This document shows positions 1-9,968 of a stretch of 43,755 bases of DNA, in pieces (positions within the stretch are counted from its first letter, which is position 1; every line of letters begins with the position of its first letter). Location: the sequence record SRR22947725_1153; one strand, given 5' to 3'. Position numbers and translations under genes: made by a program. The notes under the pieces were generated by a model. That model was not told the DNA's origin. It made no database searches and saw nothing but the letters and a program-made list of their open reading frames with translations.

Positions 1-535
1 TCAGGTTAAAGAAAATATGCAGGATGTCTCCATGCATGAAAATGGGAGTGATGAGCCGCCATACCTGCCCGTTGCGGACTTCAACGAGACCAAACGAACC
101 TCCGCCCGGGGTCCAATTTGAAATACTTAGTTGTTGAAAGACAGCCCGATGGTATCCCAGTTGTTGAAAAAGAAAAACGATTCCACAAATAACCATCAGC
201 ACTAGCGTCAGCCTTCCTGTGGAGAGCCCCTTCCCACGAGGAGCGATAGCATCCCGATCTTTGACCTTCTTTGCATACGCCTCTTGTTCCATGGCTGCCT
301 TGAGACGTTTTTCCTGTGCTTTCTCTGCTGATTCCAAATAGACAGGATCAGTTGGATTCGATTGATATGCGATGAGATGGTTTTTACCGACTTCCACTTT
401 GTCCTCAGAAACAATCCAAACCTCATAGCGCTCTCCCTGTGCACGTTCTATCTGATTATCCACACCTTGTGCATAAAGATAATCCCCAAAAGTTCGTGCA
501 TGATTCGTCCCTTCAATGTAGCCAATTAATCTCAT
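1..535 (-). CDS. glpG: GlpG-type rhomboid intramembrane serine protease, 5' part; runs off the window start
   Basis: Manual translation from ATG 535: MRLIGYIEGTNHARTFGDYLYAQGVDNQIERAQGERYEVWIV... (GlpG-like N-terminal domain), then TM segment LTLVLMVICGIVFLFQQL, then rhomboid motifs GQVWRLITPIFMHGDILHIFFNL. Frame is open to the edge. The catalytic GxSG and His lie outside the window. Not in the ORF track. Confidence 0.9.
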   Translation of the reverse strand, partial: MRLIGYIEGTNHARTFGDYLYAQGVDNQIERAQGERYEVWIVSEDKVEVGKNHLIAYQSNPTDPVYLESAEKAQEKRLKAAMEQEAYAKKVKDRDAIAPRGKGLSTGRLTLVLMVICGIVFLFQQLGYHRAVFQQLSISNWTPGGGSFGLVEVRNGQVWRLITPIFMHGDILHIFFNL

Positions 536-648
536 CTAACTTTATTTCCTGCATCTGACCAGAGATGTATTCCAGCCGTAGGAGCTTTAATTCTGAACCA
601 ATCCTGGAATTGAAACCAGCAAACAAACAATCGAAAACAGCATTTTCA

Positions 649-3294
649 CTATTCAAGTTCAGGAAAGATAATGGTGGCTCGATAGAATTTCGAACCCTCA
701 TTGAATCCTTCTGGTTTGGATTCCAACAAACCCTTATAACCTAAAACAGGTTCTGTTGTTTCTAAAATCTCTATCGGCTCCCATTCAACAGCATTCCCCA
801 AGAGAAGGCTCGATTCCAATCTCAATTCGATTCCTGGAGGGTTTGGAATAAACAATGTCTCACGTGAAACATCCAACCTGAGACGCCATCGATCTAATGC
901 AAAGGTAGGGTCCGTCCCTAAATGATACTCACTTAAATTATTCCAACCATCATGGTCAGTATCGCCAGTTGGTTCGAGTTCCTGAACCGAAACCGCGCTG
1001 GAAAAATGTTGCTGCCATTCTGCAAAGGTTTTATGCGGCAATGTTTCGGTAATCCATCGCTTGAGTAGATCAATGCCTTGCGGATCCAGCAGATGGCTCC
1101 CCACAGGAGGCATTCGACGTGACCCTTCATTTGATATGCGCTGATAAATCTCAGATTTTTCAAGATTATCGGGAACGATCAAACGGCGATCCGCCTGGCC
1201 TTCATGACGCACCACATGACCGTTGATTAAACCCGATTCCAAAACGGGCGTTTCATAACGAGCATCCCATCGTCCCAGAGCTTCACCACCCGGTCGATGA
1301 CATTGGGAACAATTACTGGCGAGATAAGACTTCACCTTCTGAGTCAAGCTTACGGACGGATCATTGGCGGATACCATCGCTGGAAGCGTGTCAATCGTCT
1401 CAGGTTCACCGTGAAAGTGTCCCACTGTTTTCAACCATGACAATTGAGAGACTTCATGATCATTTCTCAAAACTGAACGATTAAGTTGTGCTGTGTTAAA
1501 ACCAAGCACCAACCCTGCAGAAGGTGTATGGCATGCCAGGCATTCGCTTCGGCTCGGGTATCGCCATACTTGCTCGATAGTCTCTTCACCATCCTGAATA
1601 CGGAATATTTCGCTGTAGCCCGATTCATCCACTAGGAATGCGTTTTCCTGTGAGTCATCCCATCGATAGGTAAGGCCGTAAACACCATCTTCGTGCTTTA
1701 CGAGAAAGCGAGTCTCGAGTCGTCGAGACGAAGCAGGGTCACCCCGCACCATTTCCAGATCAAAGTGCTTGATCCAGATACTTCCTTCGGGGAAACCCCA
1801 GGGACCTTGCCTTTCGAACCTGATACCTGGATCAGTGCCAGGAATTGAAAACCAGCGTTTCTTGATCGCGTTGTCCGACCAGAAAGGCGTGTTGATCTCA
1901 TAAGGCTCAATTCCAGGGTGAGGTGTCAAATTTTCTAAATCAATAAATGCACCAGTGTCGGCTAGTGTCGTGGGAAAACCAATATTCGTAGTAGCTTCAG
2001 TTCCTACGAGCCTCATGATCCGGTTTGCATTATGATCGGCCAACAGGATGTCGCCTTGTGTTGGATCAATACCGAAACCTGCAATTCCAGAATCCCGTGC
2101 CAGATTAAACCAATCTGTCTGGCGATTACCCTCGTGCCTCATGGCCCAGATATTTCCACTCACGTAGTCGGCAAAAACATAGGCCCCGTACAGTTGAGAC
2201 AATCGATCCCCCCGATAAACCACTCCTCCCGTGATGGAGTTGCCTCGATCGGGTCCTGATCCATGCCGATATTCCAATATCGGTGGTATATCAACAAAAC
2301 CTTCTGGTGCCCGGCGAGCATCGGGGCCATCAGCGGTACCTTCTTTAAAACTCCATCCGTAATTTCCGCCTTTTTGAATGATGTCCACTTCTTCCAAACG
2401 CCCCTGCCCCACGTCTCCAGTATAAAGCAACCCCGTCACAGGATCAAAGGCCATGCGCCAGGGATTCCTCAATCCGACCGCCCAGAACTCGGTTCTTACC
2501 TGATCAGGATTCACTGAGCGATTGAGAAATGTCGTGGCTCCAACAAATGGATTATCAGGCGGAATGCCATAGTTATTGGAGACTGCGATGTGTGGATTGG
2601 GAGGCAAACTGCCTGGCCTCTTGTCCACATCAATGCGAAGAATCCCGGCGAAAAAATCCTTTTCGATGCGTTGACTGTTGTTCAGTGAATCATTGGCGTT
2701 TCCTTCATCACCTAAAGCCACATAAAGGTAACCATCAGGCCCGAAATGAACATCGCCTCCATTGTGATTTCCCGCATCATCCGGTTGATCGATCAGGATC
2801 ACCTCAGTTTCCGGATCGCCTGCAAAGGGATCATCGGGAGTCACCTTGAAACGGGAAAGACGGTTGGGAGAGCCTGATCCTTGCGCCGTGTAAAACACGT
2901 AGAAGAATCCATTCGATGCATGATCAGGATGAAATGCCAAACCCAAAAGTCCTCGTTCTCCGCCTGATCTGACTCGATCCGTCAAACCCATGAAGGTAAA
3001 ACGTTCGGGTTGCCCCCCCAGAGTCACCATCCTGATGCGTCCCGCTTTCTCAACCACAAACAAACGATCTTCAAAATCGGGCATTTGAACGATCGCAACA
3101 GGATTGGAGAACCTGAGCCCCGGAAAGGCATTCTCCAAGGCGTAGTCAGCAGCAGGTGGTTTGTCTGGAAAGTTCAAAGTCTGGTTCGCAACACGATCTG
3201 CTCCGTGTAAAAATTCAGGCAGACCAGACAGTAAAACTGCGACCAACATTATCCGAAAATATTTTCTGATTGGGCAGATATTCAAGAATTTCAC
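649..3294 (-). CDS. Exported glucose/sorbosone dehydrogenase (GSDH)-family beta-propeller fused to a di-heme c domain, an Asp-rich Ca-binding-like motif and a C-terminal domain
   Basis: GSDH motifs GERGLLGLAFHP, NHNGGDVHFGPDGYLY, GLRNPWR, GGNYGW. Two CxxCH motifs (CLACH, CSQCH) and a later RMPP. DTDHDGWNNLSEYHLGTDP motif near the end. Hydrophobic N-terminus; the start may be ATG 3249 rather than GTG 3294. Confidence 0.85.
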   Translation of the reverse strand: MKFLNICPIRKYFRIMLVAVLLSGLPEFLHGADRVANQTLNFPDKPPAADYALENAFPGLRFSNPVAIVQMPDFEDRLFVVEKAGRIRMVTLGGQPERFTFMGLTDRVRSGGERGLLGLAFHPDHASNGFFYVFYTAQGSGSPNRLSRFKVTPDDPFAGDPETEVILIDQPDDAGNHNGGDVHFGPDGYLYVALGDEGNANDSLNNSQRIEKDFFAGILRIDVDKRPGSLPPNPHIAVSNNYGIPPDNPFVGATTFLNRSVNPDQVRTEFWAVGLRNPWRMAFDPVTGLLYTGDVGQGRLEEVDIIQKGGNYGWSFKEGTADGPDARRAPEGFVDIPPILEYRHGSGPDRGNSITGGVVYRGDRLSQLYGAYVFADYVSGNIWAMRHEGNRQTDWFNLARDSGIAGFGIDPTQGDILLADHNANRIMRLVGTEATTNIGFPTTLADTGAFIDLENLTPHPGIEPYEINTPFWSDNAIKKRWFSIPGTDPGIRFERQGPWGFPEGSIWIKHFDLEMVRGDPASSRRLETRFLVKHEDGVYGLTYRWDDSQENAFLVDESGYSEIFRIQDGEETIEQVWRYPSRSECLACHTPSAGLVLGFNTAQLNRSVLRNDHEVSQLSWLKTVGHFHGEPETIDTLPAMVSANDPSVSLTQKVKSYLASNCSQCHRPGGEALGRWDARYETPVLESGLINGHVVRHEGQADRRLIVPDNLEKSEIYQRISNEGSRRMPPVGSHLLDPQGIDLLKRWITETLPHKTFAEWQQHFSSAVSVQELEPTGDTDHDGWNNLSEYHLGTDPTFALDRWRLRLDVSRETLFIPNPPGIELRLESSLLLGNAVEWEPIEILETTEPVLGYKGLLESKPEGFNEGSKFYRATIIFPELE

Positions 3295-3663
3295 AATTTA
3301 CAGGCTGCCATCATCCACTGAAGTTGTCAAAGTATCAGGTCGGATCTATGCAAGGTCGATTTTGAGCTTTTTGAGCTGTTCATGAAAAACGCACAAGCTT
3401 GCCTTTCTGTAATCTGCGACAGTTGGCGAAGGGGCGTCTCATTGAGTTTTGTCATGCTTTCAATGCATCTCCTCCGACAAACTTTGACCCTACCTTAATG
3501 ACGAAAAAATGCGTCTTACAAAAGGAACGCCGGGAGGAACAGGATCATCCGATCTAACGTTCTCCCGCTCTATTGCCACCAGGAATCAGGAGAAAAGCGT
3601 TCAATTTGAAAAGTCCACAAACATAAGATTGCAAAATCAGACCTTTTTGTCTTTGCTCAGGTG

Positions 3664-3702
3664 TCGGTCCCGGTTCCAAACCGGGAGATACCGATTTTTT
3701 TT
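3664..3702 (+). promoter_or_regulatory. GC-rich hairpin plus T8 (terminator/attenuator-like) in the glgP 5' leader
   Basis: tcccggtt (3668-3675) pairs with aaccggga (3679-3686). An outer tcgg/ccga stem is followed by tttttttt (3695-3702), 23 nt before the glgP ATG. Confidence 0.5.
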
Positions 3703-3725
3703 AACCTTAAACTTGAACTTGGACT

Positions 3726-5861
3726 ATGAAAACTGAACCGCTGACTTCAGCGGAATTGACTGATCTGATACACGGGCTGAACCGGTTAGCTCGTAATTTG
3801 TGGTGGACCTGGAATCAGGAGGCCCAGGAAATATTCCAACAGCTATCACCTCGCGCATGGCAAAACCTCTACCACAATGCAGTTGCTGTGTTGCATGAGG
3901 TTTCGGACTACGAATTAAGAACACGCCTCCAGGAACCTGCTTTCGCAGCAGATGTTCGAGACGTATTGAAACGATTCAATGCCTATATGGGAGAGCGTGA
4001 TACCTGGGCAGCGCAGAACGCTCAAAAACTTGAGGGAAAACCTGTCGCTTACTTCTCAGCAGAGTTCGGCTTGCATGAAACACTTCCAATCGCAGCAGGC
4101 GGGTTGGGTATTCTTGCAGGGGATCACGCGAAATCTGCAAGTGATCTGGGACTTCCGTTTGTTGGCATCAGCCTTTTCTACAGACAGGGCTACTTCATGC
4201 AAACGATCAATGAGGAAAACTGGCAGACGGAATACTATTCCCGTCTCAATCCTCGGAATTTGCCCATGGAAGCGGTCCTTGATGCAAAAGGGGAACACCT
4301 CACTTGCATGATTCAAATTGCCACCAGCCAGGTAAAATTCAAAGTCTGGAAGGTCAATGTGGGACGCATTCCCATTTACCTTATGGACACTGATCTGCCT
4401 GAAAACGAAGAGCATCATCGGGAACTTACACTGCGGGTTTATGGCGGCGACAGTACAACACGCATCATGCAGGAAATGCTTTTGGGTGTCGGCGGTGTGA
4501 GACTCATGCGCGCGCTCGATATTCAGCCTTCTGTCTTCCATATGAATGAAGGTCATGCAGCATTTCTGACGCTCGAATTGATGCGTGAGAAAATGGCCAC
4601 TGGCCATACCCTCGAGGATGCCAGCAAAGCAACCACCAAGGAATGCATATTCACAACCCACACACCTGTGGAGGCTGGCCATGACCGTTTCACAAGTGAT
4701 CTGGTGCAATATGCCGCCCACAAGTTTGCAAACAACTTGAAGATTTCCCACCAAGAGTTCATGGATATGGGCCGTGTTCGCAAGGGAGATGAATCCGAGC
4801 CTTTCTGTATGACTGTCCTTGCTCTGAAACACTCCCGAACTGCCAATGGGGTAAGCGAGTTACACGGAGAGATCAGTCGGCAGATGTGGCAAGACCTCTA
4901 TGCGGATAAGAAAGTCGAGGAAGTACCGATCGGTCATATTACCAACGGGATTCATGTAGCAGGTTGGATGAAAGGGCCACTGAGAAGGTTTTTCCGACGC
5001 CGTCTGGGTGAGCATTGGGATACCGACTTGAACACACATGCCTTCTGGAATCGCATGGAAGATCCAGGCTTTGTTTCTGATGAGGAAATCTGGGCCCTTC
5101 GGTCATTACTCAGGCGCGAACTCATTGAGTTTTCTCGTCGCCGTCTCCTGCTTCAAAGCCAAAGTCTCAAACGTGAAAATTTCATCACTTTTGATCATCT
5201 CTTGAATCCAGATGTATTAACGATTGGATTTGCACGACGCTTTGCAACTTACAAACGTGCTCCTCTCGTTTTCCAGCAGTTTGAACAAATTGTCAGGCTG
5301 GTGAAGGACAAAAAGTATCCCATCCAGTTCATCTTTGCGGGAAAAGCGCATCCACGTGATGATGAAGGAAAACGTTTTATCCAGCACATCATTCATCTCA
5401 GCAAGCACACCGAACTTCACGGTCATTTGGTATTTATTGAAAACTATGATGTTCACGTTGCCCGCCAAATGGTATCTGGCTGTGACATCTGGTTAAATAA
5501 CCCACGACGTCCACTGGAGGCCTCCGGCACGAGTGGACAAAAGACATCGGCACACGGCTGTCTGAATATGAGTATCCTTGATGGATGGTGGCGTGAAGCG
5601 TTTGATGAAACCAATGGCTTTGCGATTGGTCCTGATTCGCAACCTGACTCCGTTGAGGAACAGGACCGCGTCGACAGCAACAACCTCTACGATGTTCTCA
5701 CCAAAGAGGTGATACCGGACTTCTACAATCGCGACTCCACAGGCATACCCCGACAATGGATCCAAAAAATCCGTCGATCCATGTCTACGATCACACCTGA
5801 ATACAGTACGTGGCGCATGGTTCAGGATTACGCCAACAAATATTATCTGACCGGCGAATAG
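3726..5861 (+). CDS. glgP: Alpha-glucan (glycogen/maltodextrin) phosphorylase, GT35
   Basis: YFSAEFG, GGLGILAGD, HMNEGH, FTTHTPV, ITNGIH, FARRFATYKR, AGKAHP and the PLP-lysine motif EASGTSGQK. Confidence 0.95.
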   Translation: MKTEPLTSAELTDLIHGLNRLARNLWWTWNQEAQEIFQQLSPRAWQNLYHNAVAVLHEVSDYELRTRLQEPAFAADVRDVLKRFNAYMGERDTWAAQNAQKLEGKPVAYFSAEFGLHETLPIAAGGLGILAGDHAKSASDLGLPFVGISLFYRQGYFMQTINEENWQTEYYSRLNPRNLPMEAVLDAKGEHLTCMIQIATSQVKFKVWKVNVGRIPIYLMDTDLPENEEHHRELTLRVYGGDSTTRIMQEMLLGVGGVRLMRALDIQPSVFHMNEGHAAFLTLELMREKMATGHTLEDASKATTKECIFTTHTPVEAGHDRFTSDLVQYAAHKFANNLKISHQEFMDMGRVRKGDESEPFCMTVLALKHSRTANGVSELHGEISRQMWQDLYADKKVEEVPIGHITNGIHVAGWMKGPLRRFFRRRLGEHWDTDLNTHAFWNRMEDPGFVSDEEIWALRSLLRRELIEFSRRRLLLQSQSLKRENFITFDHLLNPDVLTIGFARRFATYKRAPLVFQQFEQIVRLVKDKKYPIQFIFAGKAHPRDDEGKRFIQHIIHLSKHTELHGHLVFIENYDVHVARQMVSGCDIWLNNPRRPLEASGTSGQKTSAHGCLNMSILDGWWREAFDETNGFAIGPDSQPDSVEEQDRVDSNNLYDVLTKEVIPDFYNRDSTGIPRQWIQKIRRSMSTITPEYSTWRMVQDYANKYYLTGE

Positions 5862-5872
5862 CCGAATGATTC

Positions 5873-5904
5873 ACTCGCCGGTTGCTTGTAAGCGACCGGC
5901 GAGT
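5873..5904. terminator. Strong hairpin between glgP and rlmN (terminator or RNA stability/processing element)
   Basis: actcgccggttgct / agcgaccggcgagt, 14-bp stem with one G-U pair and a 4-nt loop. No clean U-tract. Confidence 0.45.
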
Positions 5905-5921
5905 ATTGAACTTTTCCCGAC

Positions 5922-7007
5922 ATGCTACCGTCCCTTCAATCAATCACACCGGAAATCCTGAAAAGCCAGCTCGTCGCCTGGAAACAACCGGCTTATCGCG
6001 GCGATCAGATTCTGGATTGGGTTTACCATAAACGTGCGATCACAGTCGACAGCATGTCCAACCTCCCGAAAGACCTGAAAGAACAACTGGACAAAAACTT
6101 CAACTGTTATCTTCCAGACTGCATGCAGAAGCAAGGTTCGGAGGACACCACTCAAAAGTTTCTCTGGAAGCTGAACGACGGCGCGTTCGTCGAAAGTGTA
6201 TTGATCCCGGCAAATCCAGCACTCTATGGTGAAGCAAGTGACCGGCACACATTATGCATCTCCACACAAGTCGGCTGCGCTTATGGTTGCAAGTTCTGTG
6301 CAAGCGGGCTGGACGGCTGGAAGCGCAACCTCGAACCCGAGGAAATTCTTGGTCAATTACTTGCAATTGAGCACCATTTTCAGCCGAAACTGAAACAGGG
6401 TCAGGAGCGCAAGGTGAACAATCTAGTCATCATGGGAATGGGCGAACCCATGGCCAATTATGAGAACCTCATGAAGGCACTCAAGATTGCCAATGCCCCC
6501 TGGGGATGCAATATCGGTGCACGCAAGATCACCATTTCGACAAGTGGTTTGGCCCCCCAGATAGTAGCGCTCTCACGGGAACCGTTTCAATTTCGACTGG
6601 CCATATCACTCCACGGAGCCACCGATGAAGTGCGATCCCGCATCATGCCCATAAACCGTAAATATCCCATCGAAGATCTCATGGATGCCTGCCGGCAGTA
6701 TTTGAATAAAAAAGGCAAAATGATTACCTTCGAATACATACTCATCGAAGGCGTCAACGATGGACTGAATCAAATTCAACCACTGGCAGACTGGGCACGG
6801 GAACTCCACGCCAAGGTCAACCTGATTCCTTACAACACCGTCGAAGGATTGCCATGGTCACGACCGGAAGAGGATATTCAGGAAGCCTTTCTTGAAGGCT
6901 TGTTATCTAGAGGGATCAACGCAACCCTTCGACGAGAAAAAGGGCACGACATCGATGCAGCCTGCGGTCAGCTGCGCTTGAAAGTGGAGAAAGAATTAAC
7001 TGAGTGA
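5922..7007 (+). CDS. rlmN: Radical SAM 23S rRNA (A2503-C2)/tRNA methyltransferase RlmN
   Basis: CISTQVGC, CxxxCxxC (CAYGCKFC), MGMGEP, ITISTSG, LAISLH, NLIPYN, DIDAACGQL. Confidence 0.96.
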   Translation: MLPSLQSITPEILKSQLVAWKQPAYRGDQILDWVYHKRAITVDSMSNLPKDLKEQLDKNFNCYLPDCMQKQGSEDTTQKFLWKLNDGAFVESVLIPANPALYGEASDRHTLCISTQVGCAYGCKFCASGLDGWKRNLEPEEILGQLLAIEHHFQPKLKQGQERKVNNLVIMGMGEPMANYENLMKALKIANAPWGCNIGARKITISTSGLAPQIVALSREPFQFRLAISLHGATDEVRSRIMPINRKYPIEDLMDACRQYLNKKGKMITFEYILIEGVNDGLNQIQPLADWARELHAKVNLIPYNTVEGLPWSRPEEDIQEAFLEGLLSRGINATLRREKGHDIDAACGQLRLKVEKELTE

Positions 7008-7010
7008 AGG

Positions 7011-8660
7011 TCAGTTCATTTTATCAGGCAGCATCAAGGGGAGATCTAGTTTGAGTTCCCGGTGGACAGGCCAGTCAGCTCCACGATCTATCAGTTTCTG
7101 TTTCAGCGTCATTGCAAGACGCTCAAGTTTTCCTGGATAGGCCTGACTCAGGTCGAGCGATTCACCAATATCCTGAGTCAAATGATATAACTCCCAGATT
7201 TGGTTTTCGTAAAAAAAGATCGCCTTCCAATCACCCTGGCGAATGGAACTATGAGGCTGATAGCCGCCTTTTGGTTGTCCGGTCCATTGGTGGGGGTAAT
7301 GAAAAACCAAGGCGCGACCGTTCAACAGACTATGTGACTCAGGTTCGCCCAAAAGGGCTTCAGTAAAATCAACACCGTCGATCACGCTTGTCTCGGAGCG
7401 ATAACTTTTACCGCCAGCCCATCGAATGATCGACGGGAACAAATCCTCAACGATCAATTGCGATTTGGAGATGGAATTGGATGGAATTGGCAAGGACTTC
7501 TGCACTTCAGAACCGGGAACTAATGTTGCCCATGAGACGATGAGAGGCACGCGCGTCCCCCCCTCATACGCGGATCCCTTCCCTTCACGCAGTGGCCATG
7601 AATGTGTGTCGCGTCCCGTATCTCTTGGAGAATTTCCACGAGCGTGCAGGCTCAAGGTCCCGTTGTCTGAGGCAAAAACAATTAAAGTGTTTTCTGAGAT
7701 ATCAAGAGATTCAAGGTGATGGATCAAATCCCCCAGAGAAGCATCCATGCCCTCTACCATGGATGCGTAGCGGGCTTCGTTATCCGGAATGGAAATCCGG
7801 GTACCCGGATAATTTTTTCCATTGTAGTTGGGCATGTAGGTTTCATGTGGCTGAATCGGTGCATGGACCGCATAATGAGCCATGTAAAGATAGAAAGGCT
7901 TGTTGTCGGCAACGGAATCTGAGATGGCTTGCTTCGCTTCCAAAGTCAGCGCTTCGGTTAAATGAGTGTCACTCCCATGATAAGATTCCAGTCCGGGTAT
8001 CCCCCAAGGTCGTGTCCTTCCGCCTGCGTCAGCGTTTCCATAATTCTTTTCACCATGGTAATGTCCAGGCCCCCCTGCTGCATGACCTGCAATATTCACA
8101 TCAAAACCAAGCGTTAGGGGGTCCGAACCCTGAGTATCATAAGCTCCCCAATGGGCTTTTCCTGCGTGAATGGTGCGATAGCCCAGTTGATCCCTCAGGA
8201 CTTCGGGCAAGGTGGGTGCATTTCCAGGTTGCAATCCTTGTTTTCTCCAATTCCGAGGAGGCAGCAAGCGTGGTGTTTTCCCCGATGTTTCGCGGTCTTC
8301 GTACAAAGTCCAGTTCGTCACCCGATGGCGGGCCGCATTCTGCCCGGTCATGATGGATGTTCGCGTGGGAGAACATACCGCACACGCATAAGCTTGCGTG
8401 AACCGCCGTCCCTGTTTTGCCAGACGTTCCATATTGGGCGTCCGAAAGTGTTGATTGAATGGAGTCGTCTTGTTCCAAAAAGGAACCGAGGTGTCCTGCC
8501 AGCCCATGTCATCGACCAAAAATAAAATGATATTGGGCCGCTCTGAGGCGTGGACAAACCATTCAGATACAAGAAAAATGGACATAATTAATCCACCAGC
8601 AGTCAGTACTCTGGAGCGAATACATCGCAAGTTATCATACTTTTGCTTCACAAGGGACAT
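7011..8660 (-). CDS. Cys-type (formylglycine-dependent) sulfatase, family S1
   Basis: RPNIILFLVDDMG, CSPTR (CxPxR), AGKAHWG, SDNG, GKGSAYEGGTRVP. Signal-like N-terminus. Converges on rlmN with a 3-nt gap. Confidence 0.93.
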   Translation of the reverse strand: MSLVKQKYDNLRCIRSRVLTAGGLIMSIFLVSEWFVHASERPNIILFLVDDMGWQDTSVPFWNKTTPFNQHFRTPNMERLAKQGRRFTQAYACAVCSPTRTSIMTGQNAARHRVTNWTLYEDRETSGKTPRLLPPRNWRKQGLQPGNAPTLPEVLRDQLGYRTIHAGKAHWGAYDTQGSDPLTLGFDVNIAGHAAGGPGHYHGEKNYGNADAGGRTRPWGIPGLESYHGSDTHLTEALTLEAKQAISDSVADNKPFYLYMAHYAVHAPIQPHETYMPNYNGKNYPGTRISIPDNEARYASMVEGMDASLGDLIHHLESLDISENTLIVFASDNGTLSLHARGNSPRDTGRDTHSWPLREGKGSAYEGGTRVPLIVSWATLVPGSEVQKSLPIPSNSISKSQLIVEDLFPSIIRWAGGKSYRSETSVIDGVDFTEALLGEPESHSLLNGRALVFHYPHQWTGQPKGGYQPHSSIRQGDWKAIFFYENQIWELYHLTQDIGESLDLSQAYPGKLERLAMTLKQKLIDRGADWPVHRELKLDLPLMLPDKMN

Positions 8661-8874
8661 GATGTAACCATATGGAAACTGAGGAAAAAAGCCACTGTTA
8701 ACATGGGCAGGAGAAGTAGCAGGGTGTGATTCAAATTGGATGGAAAACTAAATTCTGCTAGTTCCTGTACTTGGAATCTAAGAACAAAACCATTGCCGAG
8801 ATCGAGGCAGCCTTATTAAGCTGGGTTTGCATTTGATACGGGTAAGAATCCTCTATCAATTAGCATTTGGCTTT

Positions 8875-9441
8875 ATGATGCTGGTTATCGACAACTACGA
8901 TTCGTTCACTTACAACCTGGTTCAGTACCTTGGAGAAATGAATGTGCCCATGGAGGTGCATCGCAATGATCAGATCACACTCGATGAGATATCGGCAAAA
9001 AACCCGGAAAGGATTCTGATTTCTCCGGGACCATGTTCCCCAAAAGAGGCCGGCTTATCAAACGATATCATCATGGCCTATGCAGGCAAAATCCCGCTTC
9101 TGGGAGTCTGTCTTGGACACCAGTGTATCGGGTATAGCTTTGGAGCGGAAATAGTCGTGAATCACCGACTCATGCACGGCAAGACATCACCGATCATTCA
9201 TGATGGCAAGGATCTCTTCGAAGGCATTCCGAGCCCGTTCAATGCAACGCGTTATCACTCTCTGATCGTCAACCGTGCCTCATTACCGGATTGCTTTGAA
9301 ATCACGTCGGAAACGGAAGAGGGTGAAATCATGGGTATGCGACATAAAACCCTGCCTCTATGGGGAGTCCAGTTCCACCCGGAAAGCATCTTGACCGACC
9401 ACGGGAAAACTCTGCTTGGCAACTTCCTGAAGCTGGGTTGA
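8875..9441 (+). CDS. trpG: Anthranilate/aminodeoxychorismate synthase component II (class I glutamine amidotransferase, TrpG/PabA)
   Basis: [40 protein letters not shown]. Family-typical start at ATG 8875 or 8878. TrpG and PabA cannot be told apart from motifs alone. Confidence 0.9.
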   Translation: MMLVIDNYDSFTYNLVQYLGEMNVPMEVHRNDQITLDEISAKNPERILISPGPCSPKEAGLSNDIIMAYAGKIPLLGVCLGHQCIGYSFGAEIVVNHRLMHGKTSPIIHDGKDLFEGIPSPFNATRYHSLIVNRASLPDCFEITSETEEGEIMGMRHKTLPLWGVQFHPESILTDHGKTLLGNFLKLG

Positions 9442-9446
9442 ATAAC

Positions 9447-9475
9447 AAAAAAACCCTGGCTGAAAACCAGGGCTT
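9447..9475 (-). terminator. Rho-independent terminator of atpD-atpC
   Basis: Minus strand reads aagccctggtt-ttc-agccaggg-ttttttt, about 30 nt downstream of the atpC stop. Confidence 0.75.
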
Positions 9476-9503
9476 GAAATTTGATTCACTCGATCACGAT
9501 ATG

Positions 9504-9917
9504 TCAGGAAATACGTTTCCTTCGTTTCACGCTTAACTGAGCAATCGAATGAGCTAGAGCCGCCTTCACGGTTGCAAGTTCCTCATCGGAGAGTTTTTCC
9601 TGCAGTCGCGCTTCAGCTCGCTTTTTAGCCTCCTCTGCCTTGGCTTCGTCGATGTTGTCTTCAGTAACAGCCATGTCAGTAAGGACCGAGATCTTGTCAG
9701 CCGTGATTTGGACAAAACCCTCGCCCACAGCAAGGTATTGTTGCTCACTACCCTTTTGAGCCAGAATCTCACCAGCTGCAACCTGAGTCATCAATGGAAC
9801 ATGGTTGGGAAAAATGCCCATCTGACCTTCCTTGGCGGGTAAGGTGACCATGTTCACATCATCGGAATAAATCTTGTCCTCAGGAGTGACAATCTCGAGT
9901 TTCATTGTATCAGCCAT
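9504..9917 (-). CDS. atpC: F1F0 ATP synthase epsilon subunit
   Basis: LEIVTPE, GQMGIFPNHVP, C-terminal helical hairpin IDEAKAEEAKKRAE. Directly downstream of atpD. Confidence 0.95.
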   Translation of the reverse strand: MADTMKLEIVTPEDKIYSDDVNMVTLPAKEGQMGIFPNHVPLMTQVAAGEILAQKGSEQQYLAVGEGFVQITADKISVLTDMAVTEDNIDEAKAEEAKKRAEARLQEKLSDEELATVKAALAHSIAQLSVKRRKRIS

Positions 9918-9968
9918 AGCTACTGCAAGAGTTGAGGATCAAAAGTGAAGATCCATTGAAGAGAGGAA

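Noticed and set aside
208..444. 78-aa minus-strand ORF from the track, and a 39-aa open + strand frame at 2-121
   Set aside because: Both overlap the rhomboid gene (535 to <1), which has clear family motifs in another frame.
4056..4832. 258-aa antisense ORF within glgP; likewise 7592-8353, 10536-11312 and 13282-14064
   Set aside because: Shadow ORFs opposite well-supported genes, with no recognisable motifs.
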